In this document: positions 24,547 through 37,905 of the stretch, in pieces
Layout: the number at the start of each line of letters is the position of its first letter
How positions within the stretch are numbered: position 1 is the stretch's first letter
Source: Vicugna vicugna
Taxonomy: Eukaryota
DNA: 64,000 nt
Direction: 5' to 3'
Assembly: GCA_013265495.1 (NCBI GenBank)
Contig: MU057887.1
Location: 1,189,985 to 1,253,984 of the forward strand
The notes under the pieces: generated by a model
Database searches by the model: none
What the model was told of the DNA's origin: nothing
Seen by the model: the letters and a program-made list of their open reading frames with translations, nothing else
Made by a program: the position numbers and the translations under genes

Positions 24547-27512
24547 TGTCCTGCCCGTGAACACAGAAGAGGAAGTCGTGCAGGGTTTCTGCCGGCGACA
24601 GCACGACGCGTGAGCGGTGGCGGCGGTGCGACTGTGCACACGCGGCCACACTTTAGCCTTACACGACGGGAGTCTGGGCTCCGGGTAACCGAGTCCTGTT
24701 CCACGTCTCTGTCTTCTTTTAACCAGTACTTCTGAGCGCGTGCAAAGTATTGAAATGCCGATGGTAGGCGGCTGACAGTCCGGACTTGGAAAATTAAGGA
24801 GAGTGATGTTCAGCGGTCCGATTTTAACACACCTGATGTTAGTTAATCATCACAGGTTTCTTTACATCATGTTCGTAATTTGCCGTCACGTTAGCCTCAG
24901 AACTTGCGCTCTGTCTTCCCTTTTCGCCACCTTTTGACTGTCGTGCTCCTTTCTAATTTGGAAAACTAATCAGCACTTTCTAACTTTCATAATCCTGTGA
25001 GTCTAGGTGCATCCAAAGGTTAGGCGTTTTAGAAGCAGCCAAGTATTTATTTGGAAGACTTCAATTATGTTCCCTGAATTTGAAGAAAGGCAACATGCTG
25101 GGCTTTTTTCACCATAGGATTTAGGATTCCGAGAATTCTCTGATAAGCTGTGCGCAGGCGGGGTGGCTTTGTTTCAGTGTGCTGCTTTCCTGCTTAGGGC
25201 TGATATGTGGAGAAGTCTATCCCCAGGTTTGTGTAGAAGGTCCCGGAAGCCGGTCTCAGGCCCCTCTGGACTTGGTTCTTTGCCGTGTGAAGCTAGCGTC
25301 TGTGGTTGGCAGGGACGAGACAGACTGAACGTAGGTCAGCTTCCCATTCCTCTCACCTCGATTCCCCCTCAAATCTGAACCAGCCCAGTCAGGCTTTTGG
25401 GGGCCATGGGCGTGTCTTCAGGGGCAAACTGACAAATGATTTGTAAATGTTGCTCTGGGCCCCCTGCCCCCATCAAGGCAGCTCTGTGGTCTTTTTCTAT
25501 GTTGCTTTTGAAATATGCAGCTTTATTATTTTTTTTTAAACACTTGCTGGTGGTAGCTGCTTCGTGGAGAGAAGATGTGGCAGATGTGAGTTCATGGCGT
25601 GGCTCGGGGGGTGGGCAGGGGTCTTATCCGGAGAATGGTGCCGGGTGGAGGGGTGGGGTGAATCTCAGGATTCCTGACAGGCTGGTGGTTGTCACAGAGA
25701 CGGAGAGTTGTCTCCTCTTCCAACTACGTGCGGAAGGGGCTTGGCCCAGTATCTAAAATAGTTGTTTCGGCCTTAAAGAGCAGCTCCTCAGCCTCGGTCC
25801 AGTTACGAAAGCAGTGTTGTTTATGGGTGTGTCTCAGAACACCTGGACCTGGAAAGCCTCTCTGTCCGCCGCAGCAGACGAACTGTCCCGTCAGAGGGCT
25901 TGCAGCAGGGCCTCCCCCCGAGCCAGACGGGCTGAGCCTGCAGGCTCCGCTGACTCTGCAAGGTCCCTGGGCGCCTCCTGGACTGACAGCACTTACGGCC
26001 TGGTTGTACCTTAGCTCCCTCCCCCTTTATCTTTGAGGAATTCGGTTCTGTAAGGTCATTGTTACTATTTGCTGTTGAAGAGTGACTGGGATGGAATTTG
26101 GTTAAGTTCCCAAGATCAGCATCACTACAAGCGGAACTGTGAGACCTCAACTAGAAAAAAGCAAAGGTTACAATCAGGATGTCCTTTTGACATAACACAT
26201 GTAGCGATGTTTTTTATCTTCATTTTTTAAGAAATATCCAGTCAAAGGATCTGTTGGAAGCAAACAAAGGCATTTCCTCTTTAGAATGACACCAATCACG
26301 GGTCTCCCTAAGTCAGAAGGGCTTTGAGTCACGTGGTGCATCCATTTCCTGTTCTCTCCTAAAGTGCGACCTCCCCGGGCTGGGAGCCTGGCGGGCTGTG
26401 GCTTGCTGCAGGTCTCCGGTCGCGGACTGGATTCTGGGGCCAGGCGTGTGTCGCCTCTCGCTCTGGTGTCCAGGGACAGATCCACTCAAATGGACGCGAC
26501 TTCGGAAAGTGAACCTTGAGACGCAGGCTTTCAGAAAAGCTGTCCATCCTGTTTAGATCCTCGTGAAGCCTACGTAAAACAGCTCCCAGTTTATACTGGC
26601 CGCAGGAGCAAGCCGACGGGGGCCCAGGCGCTGCATCGGCCGCGTCAGTGAGCCTCGGCCTCTCCTGGGGCCCAGCCAGAGTACCCGCCGCACCCCTGGG
26701 GAAGCCACAGAGGAGGCCGCAAGCGACCTCAGCCTGAAAGTCACTTGACCTTGTTCCCTTGTTAATAAGAAGAAATTCGTTTTGAACGACGGTGTCACTG
26801 ATTGCCACTCGGAATATTTTGGGCCACCTAATCCAAGATTTCTCAGAGCACTGATAGTCAAATATGGACGAGTTATTCACCAGGCCATACACGGTAGTAC
26901 TTCCAATAGGAACTTTAAGGGGTACACGGACTGCTGGCTGGGCTTCAGTGGACATCGTCAGCATCAGCGACAACGGAAGCGTTGCAGCAGGTTCCAGGTG
27001 CTTCAACCATGAGTGTGGAGCCCGCTGCCCCGGTGCTGGACACAGGACGTGGGGGCCCCCTTTGCACCACCCTGAGCCCACCTTCAAGTCGCTGTTTAAA
27101 CCTGATTCTTCATGTCCTCGCCTGTCATAGCACAGAGGGCTGAACTCCCCAGAGACCACAGGTTACGGGCAGCCTCTGTCTCCAGTGCTGACGGGAAAGA
27201 GGGATGAGGGGCTCGCGGCGCCCCTCCTCTGCCTCCTGGGCATTTCCAGTTGGAGCCCCCCACACTGAGTTCTGCACCAGCCACCCCACGAGAGGCCAGA
27301 GGGCTGCACATGCAGGGAGTTGTTTTGGTGACATCCGGTATTGTCAGAAACCGGGTCCCCTCCAGCCGTCAGTGGGTGCGGGATTTGGGAGCAGCTTGAA
27401 TTTTGCCGGAGCTTGGGAGCCCCTCCTTCCTTCCCGCCTTGTCTCCGGGTTCCCTGTGACCTTCCTACAGCTCTCTGGTGCGATGAGTTTAAAGCATCTT
27501 CCCAAAGAGGAT

Positions 27513-27650
27513 GGGGGAGGAGGGTCTAGCTCAGAGGTAGAGCGTGTGCTCACCACACACGAGGTCTTGGGTTCAATCCCCAGGACCTCCATTAAGACTA
27601 ACTAACTCAATAAACCTAATTACCTCCCCTCCCGAAAAAAAAAAAAAAAA
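27513..27650 (+). mobile_element. Vic-1-like SINE in the PPARA 3'UTR
   Basis: gggtctagctcagaggtagagcgtgtgctcaccacacacgaggtcttgggttcaatcccc...aataaacctaattacctcccc then an A tail. Confidence 0.9.
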
Positions 27651-30600
27651 GATACACGCACACAAATAATACCTGTGAACGGAGGCGAAGGGATCTCCAT
27701 GCATTCATGCCTACGAGAGCTGTCCCTCTTAAAGGGCCTCCTCCCTTTCCTCCTATAAGCATAGCACGCAGCTTTCCGCTGGAGCGATGTGTTTCTTTCT
27801 GCAGTAAAACTACAGAAGCAGGTGGCCTCGAGGACCGTGCGGAGGTTCCAGCCCCAGGGAAGCATCCTAAGATCCGAGCAGAAGCTCAAGGCACAAGTAA
27901 GATCCTTTGTTTGACGTATGATGATAAGTAAACCATTAATTCAGCAGCTCCTGCTTCCCCAAGCCTGCAGCGGGACAGCCACCTCAGGAGAGCTGTCAGA
28001 GGCACTGTTAAAATCAAGGTGCATACAAACGCGGGGGCTTTCTGGTGCGCCTCTAGTCTGACCTGAGCTGAGGGCTCAGGCTGTATGCTCACTGCCGCTG
28101 TGTGCGCTGAGACACGAAAGTTTACAGGACTCTTCAGGGGAACTTCTGTTGTTTGAAGGGAGCCTTACAGACACACACGTGCAGAAGTCGCTGCGCGTGA
28201 GCGGTACCCGGGTTTAGGAGAAACGGCAATGGTCCCGGCTTGCGGTGACCTGCCCTCCGAGGCCTCCCGCCTCCAGCTGTGCCTGCTGGCCATGCGTAAG
28301 CCTGTTTGTTCATGGAGAGATCCTGGCAGGTGAGGATGGAGAGAGATGCCTTCGTGCAAGCCTCCATCAGGCCGTGGCTTTCCAAAGCCTCTCCGCCCCA
28401 CAGTTGCACCTGCGCCTGGCTCCGGGCGTTTCCAGCCTCTGGCTCCCGTTTCAAACCACTGGGATGCCGGGCACGTTTGGTAACTATGACCAGATACACG
28501 ATGGAGAGGTTGTGTGTGTGTGTGTTGACCCAATGACCACATCTGTCTCTGGAATGTCTTTAAAACTCCTGTTTAAATATGAATCCATTGTTTCAACCAG
28601 CAAGTCCAGTGCTCCCAGCTAAGACTGACTTGACCACCAGCTTGGCCTTTTGTGGGGGCTTCCAGGGACCCAGGGAGAGCCCGGCACCCTCATAGTACCT
28701 CTTCGACCCGTGTTGCCTTTCAAAACACAGATCCCGCAAGGAAAACATGTCAGGTGCTCCCAGCTACCCACCTAGGCTGTCAACGCAGGTTCCTGCTGTC
28801 TCCTCCAGGTCTCCGCCCCATGATGGAAACACCTGGGCTCGGATGAAGGTTCTCCTGGCGGTGCAGGTTTGGCCCCAGGTCTAGCGCATTTCCACCACCT
28901 CCGGGTTCCTGCGGGTTAGCCTGGGCCACCTGGAGGGGTTACTTGCTCTTAAATTCACAACAGTGGTGTCAACTCAGGAGAGGTCAGGAAATTATACCGT
29001 CCATAGAAGTCACAAGATAAGGTCGATGCCATCAACTGAGGGCTTACGGATTGTTATAAAGTGTCCGGGGAGGACCTTCTCCACACTCACCGTTTGTACG
29101 GCACTGGGAGGCGGGCGCTGGCCTTTTCCAAAGCCAGGTTATCTGTATTTGTTCATCTTCAAAGTGGCCCCGCTTCTCTTAAATCTTGGTCCAAGCTGAC
29201 TTATGGGCTCCCCTGGGATTAAGGATTCTTACCAACCAAGTCTGCATCAAGCGGTCAGCTAAGGGGAATCTTGCCTTCCTGACAGCAGTGACCTTCAGAT
29301 GGCACAGCCTGCCTGCAGCAGGAGGGCCCCGCGGACCGCTCAGCGGGGCCGTGACGGTAACCAGGCTGCCCGAATGGTGCTGACCGCGCCTCCTTACCTG
29401 GGCTCTTTCCGCCTTACCCCGGTAAGGACCGTCCCCACAGCAAGATCTCCTCTGGGGACCTTCTGCCCGGACAGATCTAAGACTCGGCTCCAAAGGTGAA
29501 GTCTGTCTGCTTTTAGGTGCCGTTTTAATACAATTCAGGGACGTGGCCATCGACCCTCAGCCTGTGAAACACACTAGAATGAGAATAAAGGCCAGAAATC
29601 GGTCTGACTCAGAACACAGGAGACCCCTCTGTTTCCCTGGAAACTACAATACAAGCTAAAATGTGATCTTGGAAGTTTTGTTAAGACAAAAGGGAAAAAA
29701 GACAGTTGAGTCTTCACGCTTCCATTTCAAACGTTAAGTAGTGCTTTCTGTTCGGCTGTTTTCCTGGGACACGGCAGGTCCTCGAGCTGCAGAGGGGGCC
29801 GCTGTGGGCGCCACCTGGTCACTGGAGCAGAAAGTGAGAGGTGCCGCCCCGGCTGACTTCCAGCAGCCTCTACCCAGCTTAAGGCATCAGGACTCCTAGG
29901 TCGAGTGGGGCTGTCAGCAGACCATCTGCTTCTCAGAATCTCCGTCCGAGACAAGAGAAGTCTCCCTGTTTACTTCCACCCCTCTGAGGAAAGGGGGCCA
30001 CTGTGGCCCAGCTGGGATCCATGCAGCCACGTCCTCCGGGACTCCTTTGCCTAATAGCACAGACCAAACTGCATCCACTTCACGGTCACATCCTGACTGA
30101 GGCAACTGACAACAGCAAGGACCTCAGTGCCCCCGTGGTTGTTCAATGCATTATTTGCAAAAAAAAAAAAAACAATTTTTTAACATCACAAACAGCAAAT
30201 TAAGACCTGGGTCAGGTTTGTAAATTTAAAATGTGTTTGCTAGTTTGGGTCATATATGAAGCCTTCCATGTTTTCCCCAGAGGAGGTGACACACCGGCCT
30301 CCTACCCCCTGCCCTCCCCCGGCACCCAGCACCTAAAGTCTGTTCTGTAATGAACAGTCCAGAACCACGCCAGCCGGTGCACGGACGAGCGCCCCATCAC
30401 CCCTGCCTCCTGGGACGAGCGGGGAGCTGCGGGGCCATGGGCATGTGGGCCACCAAGTCCCCAGACCCTGAAGACAAGTGATTTCAAGGTAAAATCATTC
30501 ACTTTGGGGAAATGTCTTTTCATTTTAAAGGCACAGATGGCCTGGTCCTTTTTTCAGGCCTAAAAAAGAATGTACCTCACATAAGATGGATACCACTCAG

Positions 30601-31794
30601 AACCCTTTTTGGTAAGATCACGGTATTCGAATTTGAGTATCACTATTTTTTCTACACTGTATGGTAAAAAGAACTATGTTAATGGCTATATCTTAAATAC
30701 TGTGATTTTTTTTAAATCCTAATATAAATATTTTACTAACTTACAATCATGCATCTAATAGCAGACACTTGGATTCCCCTGAAATCAGTGTTAGTTGACA
30801 TGCACTCTTAGCAGCCCAGCTCCTGGACCTGTGGAAACAGAGGAAGCTGAACTACCACAGCTGAAACACAGCTGCGCACACACACGCACACACGTTCGGC
30901 AGGGCTTCTCCTCTCGGAGCCCTTGTGTGTGAAGTCTGCGCGCTTCACATACAAGACGACAAGCACGTCTCTCTCTGCCATTCCCACCAGCAAGGCTGCC
31001 TCAGGCCGGGTTAGCAGTCAGTGACCCTGCACAGCAGGGTCTCGCCCAAGGCCGTGAACTATTCCTATGTAGTGAGTAGCTGTCTGCTCTTCAGGGAATT
31101 ACCTCCTGTGGGATTTTACCAAAGAACTTTGCAATTTGAAATACTCTGCTGGGTCCCTGGCAGCCCCCAGATGGCCCAACCCAGAGCATAAAGCAGAAGC
31201 CACAGACCCTCGTGAGTCCCCCATACGTTGTTTTCTGTATCTTGGCAAATTTCTCCTTGATATCTGTCTGTACTGCCCACCGGGACCTGTGGGGCTCATG
31301 CCGAAACTCGAGGGGGGAGCCTTGCCAGACACAGGGCAGGACAGCGCAGGCTTCCAAAGCCAGGACTGAGCCTGGTTTCTTGGTGTGTTCATCGTCACTG
31401 TTCTCGGGTGCCTTATACTCTCAAAGTACTTAGGGGCTGACAGACCCTTTGTATTTTATACTAAACAGGAGAATTCCAAAGCAGATCTTCCCTGGGCATG
31501 ATGGCAGGGCACCCAGGGCGGCAGGAAGCCGCGTGTGTGGAGAGGAGCAAATGGGATCTTGTAGTCACTTTATGGTTAGCGGTTCCAGGCAATTAGAAAA
31601 TGGCTATAAAATAACTTTGATTTTTTAAAAATCTTGGGTGTTACCCAGTTTCCCTTTACGAGATTGAACTGATCACACATATTGATTTATATCCTGAATT
31701 TATGGGAACTTATGTGTTTGGAATGTCCTACTGTAAGACTGATGAATGTAAAGAGTTAATTTCAGGGTACAGTTTTGCCTTAATGGTTTTAAAA

Positions 31795-31800
31795 AATAAA
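31795..31800 (+). terminator. PPARA: PPARA distal polyadenylation signal
   Basis: AATAAA followed by T/GT-rich sequence (tttggtgagttttgagtg). Confidence 0.8.
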
Positions 31801-32020
31801 CTATTTTTAAAAATTATTTGGTGAGTTTTGAGTGATGCTGTGAGAATGAAACGTTGGTTTGAAAAAGCCAGCCCCAGCTGCAGTGCCCACCCAGAACCCA
31901 GAACCGTCCGCCAACTGCACGCCGGAGGTGGGCTCGACCTACACCAAGTCCTCAGGTGACAGGATGGGCCTGGGGCCCCGGGACAGAAAACCCAGCGCAG
32001 ACATCAGTCGGTAAAGGCTC

Positions 32021-32026
32021 TTTATT
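32021..32026 (-). terminator. CDPF1: CDPF1 polyadenylation signal
   Basis: tttatt (AATAAA on minus) ~400 nt after the CDPF1 stop. Confidence 0.75.
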
Positions 32027-32428
32027 CATGCTTTCATCAAACATGCTTCTAAACCCCCATCCCCAGGCTGTGTAAGCTGGCCCTGCACAAATTACAGAAT
32101 AAGACAGAGCGGGTCCTACCCCCTGAGAACCAGCAGGCAAGGCCACAGCCAGTATCACCGGTGGCTCAGGTGGGGGCTGTGAGGGCAGCGGTGCGGGGGG
32201 AGGGGCGCCCGTGGCCTCAGCACCCCTAGCTCGGGAGCATGGGCGTCTGAGGCTGCCTCTTGGGCGCCTTCTCTGCGTGGCTTCCGGCTCTGCTGCTGCT
32301 GCAGGGGGACCCCAGCTCCCTTGGGCTGCAGACACTGCTCTCGCGGGTCCAGAAACAAGGCGGGCCACAGGCCAGATGGCCCGGGAGCCCCATGCAGGGC
32401 ACTGGTGTGGACCCGACACCAACCAGAC

Positions 32429-32575
32429 TCATGTCCGAGACCCCAGCTGGCTGGCAGGCCTCTTTGATGGAACTTTCCTTTTCTCCAAGTCTTGCTGGAT
32501 TTCCTGAGGGAAAGCATCGATGTTCTCCTGGACACAAGGGAGGCAAAATCTCTTGGAGTAGAATAAACTGCACTC
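32429..32575 (-). CDS. CDPF1: CDPF1 coding exon 3
   Basis: ECSLFYSKRFCLPCVQENIDAFPQEIQQDLEKRKVPSKRPASQLGSRT*; 147 nt; acceptor ttcag. Confidence 0.95.
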   Translation of the reverse strand, partial: ECSLFYSKRFCLPCVQENIDAFPQEIQQDLEKRKVPSKRPASQLGSRT

Positions 32576-34692
32576 CTGAAAGAAGAGGGGGAGGGGGGAG
32601 GCTGAGTACCTTGCAGAGCACTGAGGCATCTCCCAGGGGCCAGACCTTGCACACAGGCAGGGCAGGGGCACTGGGCCAGGCCCCTAGGACACACGGGCAG
32701 CTGAGGGGAGGTGGGGACAGTGCAGCCAGGGCCAGAGCAGCAGGAAGGAGAGCTGGGCCCAGGGGTCTGGCCGCCACCTGGAGTAGGGTCTCCACCCAAG
32801 AGAATATGACGGAGGACTGCAGGAGGCGGGGTCAGAGCCTGCAGGCAGTGGGTATCTAAGGGTTCTTGACAGGTGGGACTCATTCAGCGAGACTGGTGGC
32901 GAACGCACGCAGGAGAGATGCAGCGCAGGCCTGGCTTAACCAGGGCGGGAAGGACTCCGGGACTGCCGGCTCCATCTCGGGGTGAGGGTGAGAAGCTGTA
33001 GCCCGGGCCACACTTAAATGGTTGGAAATCCTAGACCCCTCCCTCTCCCAGTCACCATGGCAGTGGAACAGAAGCTTGGTGACCACGCTGCTGGAGGCAG
33101 CAGGGTACAGGAGGGACAGCCTCACAGACCAAAAGACCCGAGACAGTTGACTGGCTGGTCCGGACAGGAGGCCAGAATTGCCCAAACATGTCTCTAATCG
33201 ACCCTGGCGCTCCTGACACTAAACTGATTTTCATCCCGCACAGGGTGCCACTGGCCCCTCTGCAACTGGGCATGGCCACGTGGCCAAGTCTGCGCAGCGG
33301 CTGTCATCGGCAGCTGTGTGCCCACTCCGGACTGTGCCCTTTGAAGGAAATTGGTGGGTGCTCTCCTGTCCCTTTCCACCGTTGGGGATGCAGATACCAT
33401 GGTGGGAGTGGCAGCTGCCTCCGTGGACCACAGACACTGTGTGGAGGTGGCTGCTGTGCCCTGCCAGCCAGCACCACTGTGATGGGGTCTCCTGTAGAAG
33501 AAAAGTGCACAAGACAGTCTAGTCTACCCAGTGTCTGGGGGCCTCTCTGCTCCAGTGGCGTGGGTGCACCTCAACCAGGACAAGGCTGCCCGCCCTGCAG
33601 CTGGGGGAGGAGATGGCTCCCATGGGCACTCACTGGCCAACAGCTGGCCAGTTACTCAGACTGTGGAGATTCCTGGTACCGTGAGGGGCCCTTTCCCCAC
33701 TGCTCACCAAGTACAGCCCAAATTCCCAGGGGTGGTGTTCCAGGATCTCCCCCACCCCCCACACCACCCCCCTGTTCCCAGTCTTAACTTCCCAGCTGCT
33801 TCTCTTCCTAGTCAGGCCTTGGCCATGCCAGTAGCCCCACCCCCTCACATGGCCCCAAAATAGTTTTTCCTCCAGGCCTTTGCCTGAGCTGAGGCTTCCT
33901 CCCACCTCACCAAACTGCACCACCTTGACCTCTGATGGATGGAGGCTGACCGTTTAAACATGCTCTGGGACACAGCTGTTTACACTTGACCCCCAGGCAG
34001 AGCTCAGGGACCTCTCAGACTGTGGGATCCCTCGGGTCACAGGGGCCACATGCCTGCACCTCCATCCATCCTTGGGTTTTCAAACAAGAGGCTCAGCTCT
34101 CCCAGTACACCGGGCCAACTCAGCCTCTCCAAATATCAGTTTCTTCACCTGTAAAATGGGTGTAATACTGCTCTGCCTAACTAGGCGTGGGATGGGACTA
34201 AAGGACACCTCACTGGTGAAAAGGTCCCAAACACAGGACCTGGCACACAACAAATTCTCAAGAAAGCATGACTCATTCCTCTGGAAGGCCCTCCAAGAAC
34301 AATCCATTGAGGGCAGGTGCACACGGCCATCTGGACAGTTGGTGGGAGGGGAAAGAACTATTAGGGGCCTCAGGGGCTGGTGCAGAGCCTCCAAGAATCT
34401 CTTACTCCTCAACCCCGGATGAGACCCTCCAGCTGCCCCGCTTGCCTGGCCCTACCCCTCCGCTGGCCGCAGCGGCCTATCCACAATGAGACAGACCAGC
34501 CAGCCCCTGAGAGACCCCTGACTCCCCTGCCAAGTGACGGTGATGGCTCCCAGGATTACCAAGACCAGGAAAGGCTGGCACTCCTCTGTCCCCGGGAAGG
34601 GCTCCCCTGTCACCTCTCCCACGATCACGCATGTGAGGTCCCGGCCACAGGGAGGGCGGGAAGGCGGTCCCAGCTGCTCCTGGCTTACTCAC

Positions 34693-34804
34693 CCGGCCCA
34701 CACACACCAGCCTGCCGCACAAACTGCATCTGGAGCCGAGGATCAGGAATCTGCCCTTGTCCGCGGTGAAGGGGTCCCTCATGACGTAGCTCTCCTCCAG
34801 GAGG
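34693..34804 (-). CDS. CDPF1: CDPF1 coding exon 2 (DPF motif)
   Basis: (V)LLEESYVMRDPFTADKGRFLILGSRCSLCGRLVCVGR; 112 nt; cag| and |gtgagt. Confidence 0.95.
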
Positions 34805-35806
34805 CTGCAGGGCAGGGAGTGGTGCCAGGGTCAGAACAGCCCAAACGGCTGCTGATGGACCTCCCCAGGGCCTGCATGCTGTGCCAGCCCATCGATGGAA
34901 CGGGCTGGCCCCGCTGTGCCACCAAGTAGCAACAGAGAGGCAAGCCAGAGGGCCAGGCAGGGACTGAAATGAGACCTGCCCCAGGCTCTGTGACAACTAC
35001 AGGGAGAGAACCACTCCTCCTTGGCCAGAAGAAAGGCTGCTGCAACTCAGTCCCCTGCCCCCAGCCTGACTCACCAGGGGCCTCCACCCAAGCTTTCCAC
35101 CTCACCCCCAGGATGATGCCCACTCGCAAACTGTCTGCTTCCATGCAGGGAGAACAGGGCACCTTACACTGGGTACGGTGCTGGCCTTAGCGCACATCAG
35201 AAAGGAGACCAACAGGCCCCTCGCCAGCAGAGGAACCCCAGCCGGAGGAAAGAAGCCTGGCCCGGCCACTTGTCCCATGTAAGTGACGTGCTGGTCAGTT
35301 CCCTGAGATGCAGGTCAGGAATCAAGCCCCGGGACCCACTGGCTCTACTCCAGGCCTTCTCTGGGGAGATGCATGGGAGATGCATGGGAAGTTGGTCCTC
35401 AGGACTCACTCCCATTAGTACAGGAACCGCAAGGCAGATGGCTTCCTGCCGAGAAGGCAACTTCACGGGAACCAGCAGGAAAGGCAACTAGGCCTGGGGC
35501 CCCCGGTGAGGGGCCTCCACGGCTTCCTGTGTCCCCAGCTGCTGAGCTGCTTCAGCCTGAGCCACAGTGCTTCCACCTCGCAGCCAGAGCACGCGTCAGA
35601 CACTGGGCTGAGCAGGGAGGTAGGGACTGGGAGGTTCTGGGAGAACTGGATGGCCCTCAAACCTTGTCCTGTGCCTTCCCAGGTCACATCTGAAGCATCC
35701 AGAGCCTGGTGGGGTGGGACCGAAGCACAGTTCCCAAGCCCTGTGTCAGACTCAAGCCAGCCAGCCCTGGGCAGGCTCCCCGGGCCACTGGGACCCCATT
35801 ACTCAC

Positions 35807-35919
35807 ACGACAGACCAGGTGTCAGGGGGCTGCTGCCCCATGTAGCTGTATGGAGCTGTTAAGGCGCACAGCTGGCACTCAAACACACCCAGGGGTCGGC
35901 GCTCTGCCTCCAATGCCAT
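35807..35919 (-). CDS. CDPF1: CDPF1 coding exon 1
   Basis: MALEAERRPLGVFECQLCALTAPYSYMGQQPPDTWSV(V); 113 nt; ATG directly follows the acceptor ttgcag; total CDS 372 nt = 123 aa. Confidence 0.95.
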
Positions 35920-36069
35920 CTGCAAGATCCAGAGACAAGGACGTCACCTTCAGAACCAACAACGACCCACATCTCAAAGCCCCGCTGCATGCTTCTTACC
36001 CATAGGTAAGGGCACCTTACAGACAAGGAACCTCAAGTTCAGAGTGAGTACGAGGCCTGCTCAAGGTCA

Positions 36070-37470
36070 CATGTTATTTTCAAGTGCACGTGAGATATTC
36101 ACTAAGACAGACTATATGCTGGGCCATAAAATGAACCTCAAACGTGGGGGCTGGGTATAGCTCAGAGGGACAGTGTGTGCTTAGCATGCACAGGGTCTTG
36201 GGTTCAATCCCCAGTACCTCCATTAAAAAAATAAATAGGTAAAAAATAAATAAACCTAATTATCTCCCCCAAAAAACAAACTTTTTTAATTTTTAAAAAA
36301 TGAGCCTCAAACTTTAAAAGCCTGAAATCCTAAAGTACGTTCTTCAACCCCAAAATAATTAAATTAAAATCAGTAACAAAAAGATAGTTGGAAAATCCCC
36401 AAACGTTTGGAAATTAAATGATATACTTCTAAATAAACCATAATCAAAAGAAGAAATCACAAGAGAAATTAGAAAATATTCTGAACTAAATGAAAACTAA
36501 AATACAAAGTATTAACATACAGAAAATGTAGCTTAAGTGGTGTTTACAGGGAATTCACTGCTTTAAATACTTAAATTGGAGAAGTTTTAAAATAAACCAT
36601 CTAAGTTTCTACTATAAGAAGCTAGAAAAAGGCAAATTAAGCTTAACATAAACAGAAAGAAAAAAATAAAGAACAGAAATCAAAGAAACAGAAAATGGAC
36701 AAAGAATAGGGGAAAAAAATCAATAAAACCAAAGCTGGTTATTTCAAAACTTCTGCAAAGTTGATAACCTCTAATTAGCCTGAGTAAGAAAAACGGGAAG
36801 AAGACACAAACGACCACAGTGAGGAATGAAATAGGGGACATCACTAAGACTGCAGACATTAAAAGGATAATAAGGGAATGTTATGAACTTTCTACCATAT
36901 AAATTTGACAATTCAAATGAAATGGACATATTTCTCAAAAAAAAACCACCAATGCTCAAAAGTGACTGGAAAAGAAATAGACAACCTGAATAGCCCTATG
37001 TCTATTAAGAAAGTTGAATTCATAATTTTAAATTTTCCTTTAAAATAAAACAATACACCAGCCAAATTTCATGCCCAGATATGTTTACCAGCAAACTGTC
37101 AGGCATTTAAGGAAGAATTAATATCAACCTATAGAAACTGTTTCAGAACATAAAGGAACACTTCCCAAGAGGTTTTGAGACCAGCATTACATGGACACCA
37201 AAACTGCCAGAATTACCCTGATACCACTAATCAGAGGGAACCTACAGACCAATATCCCTCACAAACAAAAGTCTTTAGCAAAATATTAGCAAACTGCATT
37301 CAATGAGACAAAAGAAGCCTAGAGCATCACGATGGACTGGATTCAACCCAGGAGTGCAATGTTGGCTTAAAACCAGTGAATGCAATTCACGATGGCCAGA
37401 GAATGAAGGAAGGAAGCCCATACCATCATGTCAACAGATGCACGAAAAGGGCAACAAAATTCAGCAGGAT
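36070..37470 (+). mobile_element. Degenerate L1 ORF2 fragment in CDPF1 intron 1
   Basis: A-rich L1 ORF2 text (caagtgcacgtgagatattcactaagacagactatatgctgggccataaaa...gaaatagacaacctgaatagccctat...cagaccaatatccctc). Confidence 0.85.
36144..36296 (+). mobile_element. Vic-1-like SINE inserted in L1
   Basis: SINE consensus flanked by TSD aaaatgaacctcaaac / aaaatgagcctcaaac. Confidence 0.9.
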
Positions 37471-37905
37471 TTTACAAAGCGGTGCTTCAAAGCTAAGGGG
37501 CTTCCCACCTGACTACAGAATACACTTCCTTCCTGGGCACTGGAGGCCTCTTTAATCTGGGAATTATCTTCTCCCAATCGCTCCGCCATCCACCCCGCTC
37601 CATCCAAGCAGGCTGCAGTTAAGTGGTTCATTACTACCCTTCAGACGTTCCAGGTTCCCTGCACTTTCCCGCCGCCTGGCCTTTGCTCCCAATGTTTCTT
37701 CCACTCGGAGGGCCTTCCCGGACATCTCCACCTACGGGACTTCCCTCTGGCTGCCTCGCACATTTTCTGTTCCTCAGTTTGGCTTTCAGCAGTTCGAATG
37801 TATATCTTCTCCCTCCCCCCTCGCCTTAACCTATTTATCCTGGTTGTGCGGCTTTAAGCAGTTTGATCTGTGGTGTGCCATTTTTTTACTATTTTGGAAA
37901 ATTCA

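Larger units (their letters stand above)
24547..31815 (+). other. PPARA: PPARA long 3'UTR (~7.3 kb)
   Basis: Runs from the stop to an AT-rich terminal block with AATAAA at 31795-31800; a long 3'UTR is established for mammalian PPARA; exact end inferred. Confidence 0.75.

Noticed and set aside
26359..27159. 266-aa antisense ORF in the PPARA 3'UTR
   Set aside because: Non-ATG start, no recognisable domain, and such ORFs are common in GC-rich DNA
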